Source of the DNA: a virus
Direction: 5' to 3' (one strand)
Length of the DNA stretch: 64,000 nt
Virus record (IMG/VR): IMGVR_UViG_3300023176_007894
Location: 1 to 64,000 of that record
Positions 28,270 to 34,549 of the stretch are shown here, piece after piece. Both the position numbers and the translations under genes were made by a program. Each line of letters starts with the position of its first letter. Position 1 is the first letter of the stretch. The notes under the pieces are model-generated. The model did not search any database. It had not been told where the DNA came from and saw only the letters and a program-made list of their open reading frames with translations.

Positions 28270-28563
28270 TTATTCGCCAAAGATTTCACGCATCCGAGAA
28301 CTCAACAAGTCCATTGATTTGAGCTCTTCGTCCTCGTCAAAGTTTTCTTTTTGACTTGCCCTGTCTTCGAGGCAATCAAGATTTTGAAACTCATCTTCGA
28401 CATCTTGCTTGTTCGCTTGAAGCAAGCCGTACTCTGCCACAAGGTCTTGAGAAAGCTTTTCTTCCTTGAGTTCTTGAATGAGTAAAGACAAAGAAGGGCT
28501 AACTTTTTCGGTTGGATTTTTCGAGGCTTCTTCGATTATTTTGATTCTTTCTGATTTTAACAT
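28270..28563 (-). CDS. Acidic hypothetical protein, paralog of 25580-25876
   Basis: TTGACA-N17-CATAAT-N6-ATG start (MLKSER). Confidence 0.75.
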   Translation of the reverse strand: MLKSERIKIIEEASKNPTEKVSPSLSLLIQELKEEKLSQDLVAEYGLLQANKQDVEDEFQNLDCLEDRASQKENFDEDEELKSMDLLSSRMREIFGE

Positions 28564-28602
28564 GATTTGATTATGGTTGAATTTTTTTGATTTGTCAAGC
28601 AA

Positions 28603-29226
28603 TTAAACAATGGATTCGAGTTTTCTGAGGTTAACGCAAAGGGTGATTTGCCTTTTTTCTTTTTCCATTCTGCACTTGCTTGCACTCCATCGGTCAGGCA
28701 AGGAATTATTAGCCAACCGAAAGGCAGATCCTGCATTGAGTTTATTTACCGACTTGACTTGCTCTTTTGTTTCTTCAAGTGTGTTTGAATAGTCTTTGAC
28801 AAAGCTAGCGGTTTCAAGCCAAATTTTTTCCATTTTTTCAATTTGAACATTCATGCTCAATTTGTAGAATTTTACATCAACAAGCTTGTCAGGCGTTCCA
28901 TCATAAAAGCCGACTACAAGGATGAGGTCTTTTTTGATTGCAAGCAATTTTCTTTCGACATCGCCAAGAATGATGTCTTTTCTCTTGATCTCGTAGTATT
29001 TTACTTCCCAATCACCAATTAGACTTTCGGGAACATTGCCTTGCTCAACGATTTCTTTGCGGAAGTCAACCGCATCTTTGTGTTGATCATGTACAGGGAA
29101 TTTAAAGTAATCTTCGAGATATTTCTCAAAGGGCTTTCCATGCTTTCCCATTTGTTTATTGTGGGCGTTAACATTACGAAGGTGTTTTTCGATTTGTGAG
29201 TAGGATTTTTCTTCAATTATTTTCAT
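28603..29226 (-). CDS. Putative PD-(D/E)xK restriction-endonuclease-like protein
   Basis: HGKPFE...DAVD...WEVK...IILGD pattern. Confidence 0.45.
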   Translation of the reverse strand: MKIIEEKSYSQIEKHLRNVNAHNKQMGKHGKPFEKYLEDYFKFPVHDQHKDAVDFRKEIVEQGNVPESLIGDWEVKYYEIKRKDIILGDVERKLLAIKKDLILVVGFYDGTPDKLVDVKFYKLSMNVQIEKMEKIWLETASFVKDYSNTLEETKEQVKSVNKLNAGSAFRLANNSLPDRWSASKCRMEKEKRQITLCVNLRKLESIV

Positions 29227-29281
29227 AGCAATTTTGTTTTTATTATTTTAGATTAATTTATACGAGCCTGAAAGTCAAGCT

Positions 29282-29509
29282 TTATTCTTCTTTGTTGAGT
29301 TGAAGGGCAAGGGCTTTGTCCACTTGCTCAACCATTTCTTCCATCCATATCAAGATGTTTCCTGCATGAACTTGTGCAAACTCGCCGTCTTCTGCAAGGC
29401 GATCTTTTGCAAGGTTTGCGATAGCTTCGGCTTTTGAGCCAATGTCGAAAGTCGCCTCAAGAGTTTTGAAGTTTTTGGCGAGCATGATGTCTTTGAATTT
29501 TGTTTTCAT
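29282..29509 (-). CDS. Hypothetical protein
   Basis: ATG (MKTKFKD) after a TTGCAA..TATACT promoter. Confidence 0.6.
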   Translation of the reverse strand: MKTKFKDIMLAKNFKTLEATFDIGSKAEAIANLAKDRLAEDGEFAQVHAGNILIWMEEMVEQVDKALALQLNKEE

Positions 29510-29560
29510 AAGTATAAGGTAAACTAGTTTCGGGTTAATTGCAAGCAAAAAATGATTTAT

Positions 29561-29752
29561 TTACGCAATCCATTCGACAAGCTCAAACTTGCGAGGAAGG
29601 TTAAACTTAGCAAGATCACGATTGAGATTCTCAATTGAATCGTGGTGTTCGCATTTGAGAAGTTGATTCTCTGCGATGATGTCGCCCGTCTTGCGGTCAA
29701 CGATATTAACTTTGGCGATGAAGCCGTTTACTTGTTTATCATTCTTAATCAT
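29561..29752 (-). CDS. Hypothetical protein
   Basis: First gene after element copy 9. Confidence 0.65.
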   Translation of the reverse strand: MIKNDKQVNGFIAKVNIVDRKTGDIIAENQLLKCEHHDSIENLNRDLAKFNLPRKFELVEWIA

Positions 29753-29865
29753 ACCTACAAGGTATCACAAAAACCCCGAAAAGTCAAGAAAAACTTTCAA
29801 CTATTTTCTTGCACGATCCTACTGCGGGGGGGCCCCGCCCGCATCGGTCAACTTTTAAGTTGAAA
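29750..29865 (-). repeat. Cassette-boundary element copy 9 (G7C4) plus promoter
   Basis: Same block; right flank identical to that of copy 5. Confidence 0.9.
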
Positions 29866-29868
29866 AGT

Positions 29869-29934
29869 TTAGCCTAGGATCATGCAGTAGAATACTGCAA
29901 GCCAAGGCAAGAATAGGAGAATGTCCCAAGTCAT
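29869..29934 (-). CDS. 21-aa hydrophobic micro-peptide, copy B
   Basis: Identical to 25449-25514. Confidence 0.55.
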   Translation of the reverse strand: MTWDILLFLPWLAVFYCMILG

Positions 29935-30107
29935 GATTTGATTAGCTTAAGCGATTGCTCGAGTTGTTGAATTTTCGCATCGACATCGACTGCAACCGAG
30001 GCGATTTGTTGAGCCTCGGACATTCTGCCAAGGCGCAAGGCGTTAGTTCTTTGATTTGTTAAAGCTTGCAAGACTGCAATTAGTTGATTGATTTTTTCTT
30101 GAATCAT
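29931..30107 (-). CDS. 58-aa coiled-coil protein (not in the ORF track)
   Basis: MIQEKINQLIAVLQAL...; ATGA-coupled on both sides. Confidence 0.55.
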   Translation of the reverse strand: MIQEKINQLIAVLQALTNQRTNALRLGRMSEAQQIASVAVDVDAKIQQLEQSLKLIKS

Positions 30108-30259
30108 TTTGAGATTACGATGGGTTTTCTGTTTTTTGCACGAAGCCTGTCGGCAATTTGTAAAGCGTGAGCCATGCGTTTAGAGTTGTCCACTACGACG
30201 CCATCCATGAGAATGTTCCACCATTGTGGAAAGTTTGCGTTTCTTTCAATTCTAATCAT
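30104..30259 (-). CDS. 51-aa hypothetical protein (not in the ORF track)
   Basis: MIRIERNANFPQWWNI...; TTGACT..TAGAAT promoter. Confidence 0.6.
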   Translation of the reverse strand: MIRIERNANFPQWWNILMDGVVVDNSKRMAHALQIADRLRAKNRKPIVISK

Positions 30260-30289
30260 AGTTTTATTCTATTTGTTTTGGAGCAAAAG

Positions 30290-30490
30290 TCAAGCATTTT
30301 GTTCGCGAATTTTGAAAGCCATGTCGTGAAGACGAGAACGCGAACCGCCAAGCTCGCGAAAGTTGCGAAGTTCGCGGGCGACTTCAAAGCGAGCTTTCCA
30401 AGCTTGCTTGAATTCAGGAGCATCAACGGAGAGAGAGTTGACAAGGCGGTTAAGCTCTTCGAATTTTTGATTAAGTTCTTGTTTAGTCAT
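30290..30490 (-). CDS. Hypothetical protein
   Basis: ORF in operon. Confidence 0.6.
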   Translation of the reverse strand: MTKQELNQKFEELNRLVNSLSVDAPEFKQAWKARFEVARELRNFRELGGSRSRLHDMAFKIREQNA

Positions 30491-30527
30491 AACTTTTTTA
30501 ATTTAAGGGTTTAGAGAGTAAAAGGTT

Positions 30528-30686
30528 TCAGTCGATAAGACCGTCTTGGTGATCCAAGCGAAGTAGCTCATCTTGGAGTTGCCCGATTTCGGAGCGGATC
30601 GCTACCTTGTCGGCGATAGTTAACTCGCAATCAACGAGCGTTTCACGGAGAACGGAGATTTCGATTTCAATTTCTTCTTTGGTCAT
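30528..30686 (-). CDS. 52-aa protein, paralog of 32030-32161 (not in the ORF track)
   Basis: MTKEEIEIEISVLRETLVDCELTIA... Confidence 0.65.
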   Translation of the reverse strand: MTKEEIEIEISVLRETLVDCELTIADKVAIRSEIGQLQDELLRLDHQDGLID

Positions 30687-30847
30687 AACTTTTAACTTTA
30701 GGATTTTAACTTTCTTATCTTAACTTTATATGTATAACTTAGCACACAATGTGCGAAATGTCAAATTTTTTTTTCACTTTTTTTCACTTTTTTCATCTTA
30801 GCGATGACAAACTTGCAAAGGATTTTTTCTCTTTCGGTTAACTTAAT

Positions 30848-30964
30848 CATGTCTATAACATAGCACAGAAAACCCGAAAAGTCAAGAAAAACTTTCAACT
30901 ATTTTATTGCACAATCCTACTGCGGGGGGGCCCCCAAGCCTGCAAGCCATTGACTGTCAAAGGC
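30848..30964 (-). repeat. Cassette-boundary element copy 10 (G7C5) plus promoter
   Basis: Same block; right flank as in copy 7. Confidence 0.9.
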
Positions 30965-31153
30965 CTACCAAACGAAGCCTCCTACAGCGCCCGTCCTGCC
31001 AACGGCAAGAGGGTGAAGCTCCAAGTCGGTGACGGGCACCGACCAAACCCTCGAGGAGTAGCCCCGAGCACGGACGACTGCGACGCCGTCGGTTAAGGAT
31101 TCAACCACGCAGGAGAATCCACTGAAGAGAACGATATCATTAATCTTAATCAT
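30965..31153 (-). CDS. Small SH3/KOW-like protein, copy B
   Basis: Near-identical to 27908-28096. Confidence 0.7.
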   Translation of the reverse strand: MIKINDIVLFSGFSCVVESLTDGVAVVRARGYSSRVWSVPVTDLELHPLAVGRTGAVGGFVW

Positions 31154-31264
31154 ACCTACAAGGTACCACAGAAACCCCGAAAAGTCAAGAAAAACTTTCA
31201 ACTATTTTATTGCACGATCCTGCCGCGGGGGGCCCCCGGCCCGCATCGGTCAACTTTTCAGTTG
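31151..31264 (-). repeat. Cassette-boundary element copy 11 (G6C5) plus promoter
   Basis: Same block; right flank as in copies 5 and 9. Confidence 0.9.
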
Positions 31265-31265
31265 A

Positions 31266-31574
31266 TTAGAGCACAAGAGGATCAGGCAATGAATTAGGCA
31301 CAGCGAACCAATCGGATGAGTCAATCACTTGCCCGTTCAGTACAGGCTCGAAGTTGACTTGATGCACTCCGGCATTGACTATTCCGTTTACGCGTTCGCG
31401 CGTGGTTGGTGTGTTCCAACCTGCAAGCGACCAACGCACAAGGCCGTCCGCGTCACGCTTCACAATGGCGTTGCCATGTAGCCAAACGGTCTCGCCGTCC
31501 GTGCTAGTGTTGCCAATCGCTTTTGATTCGCGGCGTTCAAATGCTTGTTTTATTTGTTCTGTTACTTTTCTCAT
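31266..31574 (-). CDS. Conserved phage hypothetical protein (LHGNAI...GWNTPTTRERVN)
   Basis: Recognisable phage motif; promoter upstream. Confidence 0.7.
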   Translation of the reverse strand: MRKVTEQIKQAFERRESKAIGNTSTDGETVWLHGNAIVKRDADGLVRWSLAGWNTPTTRERVNGIVNAGVHQVNFEPVLNGQVIDSSDWFAVPNSLPDPLVL

Positions 31575-31613
31575 TTTATGCAATTTTAGCTTAAAAGAAT
31601 TGACTTGTCAACC

Positions 31614-31802
31614 TTAAAGGTGGACAATCTCGACAGACTCGGTCAAAGCCTTTTCATCTGCAAGTATCTTTGCAAGATGAGGCGAGCGACCGAAGCGATC
31701 AATGCCCGCAGAGCGAACACGTGGAAACTGTTGAGACTCGCTGTCCCAAATTTTAACGGAGAAATGGGTTGACCATTTTTTGATGAAGATTTTTTTGATC
31801 AT
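31614..31802 (-). CDS. Hypothetical protein
   Basis: ORF in operon. Confidence 0.6.
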   Translation of the reverse strand: MIKKIFIKKWSTHFSVKIWDSESQQFPRVRSAGIDRFGRSPHLAKILADEKALTESVEIVHL

Positions 31803-31823
31803 AGCTGTATGAGTTAAGGTTGA

Positions 31824-32003
31824 TTAGTTAAACAAAGGATGAAGTTTGACATCCTCGAAACGGATACCGACTTCTCGGTTAGTCCTGTAAGGACGAACTT
31901 TGGCGATCTTGCCAAGCGATTCATGCTCGACTGCCTCGATGAATTGAAAGACTTTTTTGTCTCGTGAGATTAGGACATCGCCCTTTTTGAATTTGGTTTT
32001 CAT
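31824..32003 (-). CDS. 59-aa SH3/KOW-like protein (not in the ORF track)
   Basis: MKTKFKKGDVLI...KVRPYRTNREVGIRFEDVKLHPLFN; resembles 26721-26888. Confidence 0.65.
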   Translation of the reverse strand: MKTKFKKGDVLISRDKKVFQFIEAVEHESLGKIAKVRPYRTNREVGIRFEDVKLHPLFN

Positions 32004-32029
32004 AATTTTTAAGAGTTTGAGGTTAAAGG

Positions 32030-32161
32030 TTAGGAAGCCAACTTGGCTTCGAGTTGGGAAATTTCTTCCCGAAGAGCTACACGCTCTGCGATGGTGAGGA
32101 CGCAGTCCTCAAGGGTTTCCCGAAGGATTGAGATTTCGATTTCGATTTGTTCTTTGTTCAT
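32030..32161 (-). CDS. 43-aa protein, paralog of 30528-30686 (not in the ORF track)
   Basis: MNKEQIEIEISILRETLEDCVLTIA... Confidence 0.65.
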   Translation of the reverse strand: MNKEQIEIEISILRETLEDCVLTIAERVALREEISQLEAKLAS

Positions 32162-32232
32162 AATTTTTAGCAATTTGAGATTAAAACTTTCTTAACTTTA
32201 TATATACAAGATAGCACAGGTTTGGTCAAAAG

Positions 32233-32352
32233 TCAAATTTTTTTTTTCACTTTTTTTTCGATTATTTTAGTGAGAGTAGAAAGAACATTCTTCTTGCCTT
32301 TGGCTTTCATTCGACGGGCGAGCTTTTGGAGTTCATTCTTTCTCTTAATCAT
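32233..32352 (-). CDS. 39-aa basic peptide (not in the ORF track)
   Basis: MIKRKNELQKLARRMKAKGKK...; first gene after element copy 12. Confidence 0.5.
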   Translation of the reverse strand: MIKRKNELQKLARRMKAKGKKNVLSTLTKIIEKKVKKKI

Positions 32353-32435
32353 ATATACAAGATAGCACAAGAACCTCGAAAAGTCAAGAAAAACTTTCAA
32401 CTATTTTCTTGCACGATCCTACCGGAGGGGGTGGG
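32350..32435 (-). repeat. Cassette-boundary element copy 12 (half site, G-run only) plus promoter
   Basis: GAAAAGTCAAGAAAAACTTTCAACTATTTTCTTGCACGATCCTACCGGAGGGGG; no C-run. Confidence 0.8.
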
Positions 32436-32597
32436 TTGACCTATCCCATTAAATGAATTCATTTTTCTTTTACAGCTTTTCTAGATCGCGGGGGGTCCCT
32501 TTTTTCAATATCAAAACACTTTTACATTATATAATATATTTGTTCGACTCAAAAAAAATCGGCACATATTTGTGTATATATACAAATATATCAAATT

Positions 32598-33332
32598 ATG
32601 CCTCGACGCAAGAAAAAAACCGAGATCGTGAATGAAGAAGAAATTGAAAAAATTCGAACTTCATTAACCAAAACTAACATAAAGTTAAAAAAAGTTTCAT
32701 TAACTGACAAACAGCTTGAATTATTGCGCATAATATTTGAGAACGACAGCAAGATCATATTCATAAGTGGTCCAGCAGGAACGAGCAAGACATTTGTCGC
32801 AATATACGGCGCTTTACAGCTTTACAACATGAACAATGAACGCGGCATTACTTATGTTCGCACAATTGCAGAGAGTGGCGAAAAGAGCTTGGGTGCATTA
32901 CCGGGCGAAATGGCGGAAAAGATCAATCCATACATGATGCCGATGAACGAAAAGCTTGACGAATTACTGATACCTGGCCAATCAAGCATAATCAAAGAAA
33001 AAGAAATAATAAAAGGCATGCCGATTAACTATCTTCGTGGTGCCAGTTGGCGTGACGAAATTGTCATCGCGGACGAAAGTCAAAATTTCACATTCAAAGA
33101 ATTAACCACCTTGATGACCCGCCTTGGCGAGGGCAGCAAATTACTTATTTGCGGCGATCCGATGCAAAGCGACATCAATGGAAAGAGCGGATTTTCAGAC
33201 ATGTACTCATTATTCGACGACGATCAAAGTAAAGAACAAGGAATACATACATTTTACTTTGGACCAGAAGACATCAAACGAAGTGAAATACTAAAATATA
33301 TAATTGAAAAACTAAAAAACCACAAAAAATGA
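32598..33332 (+). CDS. phoH: PhoH-family ATPase
   Basis: GPAGTSKT, LGALPG, YLRG, DESQN, TRLGEGSK, GDPMQSD. Confidence 0.95.
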   Translation: MPRRKKKTEIVNEEEIEKIRTSLTKTNIKLKKVSLTDKQLELLRIIFENDSKIIFISGPAGTSKTFVAIYGALQLYNMNNERGITYVRTIAESGEKSLGALPGEMAEKINPYMMPMNEKLDELLIPGQSSIIKEKEIIKGMPINYLRGASWRDEIVIADESQNFTFKELTTLMTRLGEGSKLLICGDPMQSDINGKSGFSDMYSLFDDDQSKEQGIHTFYFGPEDIKRSEILKYIIEKLKNHKK

Positions 33333-34516
33333 ACGACGAAACATATTTACCAAAAATAGAAATTCACGAAGAACTAAATTCTCTTAGTCAAGTAATCGAC
33401 TGGGGCTTGAGACAATCCAACATTCCAGAAACCTGGAAAATCACCCAAGGTGAAGGCATTACTGTTCTTGTTATTGACACGGGCATGGTTGAACACCCCG
33501 ACGTAGGAGATAATGCAATTCCTGGAGAAAACTTTATACCGAACGAACCATTAGAGGACGAAAATGGTCACCAAACTCACTGTGTTGGCATAATTTGCGC
33601 GAAAAACAACGAAGTTGGCATGGTTGGTGTGGCACCCAAAGCAAAAGCGATTTGTGTCAAGGCCTTGGGCAAAAGTGGCGGAGGAAATTATATTGGTCTC
33701 GCGGCTGCTCTTGATTATGCTATAAAAATCAAGCCTGATCTTGTTTCAATGAGCCTTGGAGGCTCTACTCCATCCCCCATTTTGCATGAAAAAATAAAAA
33801 AATTATATGAAATGAACATTCCTGTTATATGTGCCGCAGGAAATACTGGACAGGGCGGAGTTAATTGGCCCGCAGCCTTTGACGAGACTATAGCTGTTGC
33901 CGCGCACGACAAATATGGAAACATCGCATATTTTTCATCTCGCGGAGAAAAAGTTGAATGGGCTGCTCCAGGAGTGGGAATATATAGTACATATATAAAC
34001 AACATGTATAGAAAATTAAGCGGAACATCCATGGCGTGTCCATTTATCGCAGGTGTTGTTGCACTCATGTTATCCAAGCACAAAAAACAAGAACAAGAAG
34101 AAAATAAAAATGACTGCAAAACTGTAGAACAAATCAGAGAACACTTGCTAAAATATACTCTTGATCGCGGAACACTTGGAAAAGATAACGACTGGGGTTA
34201 TGGAATAATTGACGTTGAAAAATTGATCAAGGGCGAAAAACCCGAACCGAAACCCGAACCGAAACCTGAGCCAGAACCAGAACCGAAACCTGAACCGAAA
34301 CCTGAGCCAGAACCAGAACCGAAACCTGAACCGAAACCTGAGCCAGAACCAGAACCGAAGCCCAAGAAAAGCAAAATTCACTATATTCCATGGATTGTTG
34401 TGGGCGTGGTAGCTATTATTGCAATCGCCATGATATTTTCTTCATCAAATGATGATCAAGAAGGTTTAGATATTGACTTTGACGAAAAATACCAGCAAGA
34501 AATCAATCGAAACTAA
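33329..34516 (+). CDS. S8 subtilisin-like serine peptidase with Pro/Glu/Lys linker and C-terminal TM helix
   Basis: VIDTG, GHQTHCVG, AAGN, SGTSMA; (PEPK/PEPE)n; WIVVGVVAIIAIAMIF. Confidence 0.92.
   Translation: MNDETYLPKIEIHEELNSLSQVIDWGLRQSNIPETWKITQGEGITVLVIDTGMVEHPDVGDNAIPGENFIPNEPLEDENGHQTHCVGIICAKNNEVGMVGVAPKAKAICVKALGKSGGGNYIGLAAALDYAIKIKPDLVSMSLGGSTPSPILHEKIKKLYEMNIPVICAAGNTGQGGVNWPAAFDETIAVAAHDKYGNIAYFSSRGEKVEWAAPGVGIYSTYINNMYRKLSGTSMACPFIAGVVALMLSKHKKQEQEENKNDCKTVEQIREHLLKYTLDRGTLGKDNDWGYGIIDVEKLIKGEKPEPKPEPKPEPEPEPKPEPKPEPEPEPKPEPKPEPEPEPKPKKSKIHYIPWIVVGVVAIIAIAMIFSSSNDDQEGLDIDFDEKYQQEINRN
34241..34363 (+). repeat. Coding tandem repeat (36-nt unit about x3, built of 12-nt subunits)
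   Basis: GAACCGAAACCTGAGCCAGAACCAGAACCGAAACCT repeats encoding PEPKPEPEPEPK. Confidence 0.9.
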
Positions 34517-34549
34517 TCTCATACAAAAAATTAAAGTGTATTAAAAAAC

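Noticed and set aside
26721-31201. ORF-track N-termini MKVFLDFSGFL shared by three ORFs, and plus-strand ORFs containing RGGP
   Set aside because: These are translations of the repeated promoter element; the true starts are the downstream ATGATTAAG
19015-32435. Repeated elements as a CRISPR array
   Set aside because: Spacing is 0.3-2 kb and filled with genes, copies occur in both orientations, and no cas genes are present
25382-32435. Classical integron (attC sites plus intI)
   Set aside because: No RYYYAAC/GTTRRRY ends were recognised, there is no integrase in the window, and the cassettes carry their own promoters
34148-34381. Minus-strand FRFWFWLR repeat ORF
   Set aside because: It is the antisense shadow of the PEPK repeat in the peptidase
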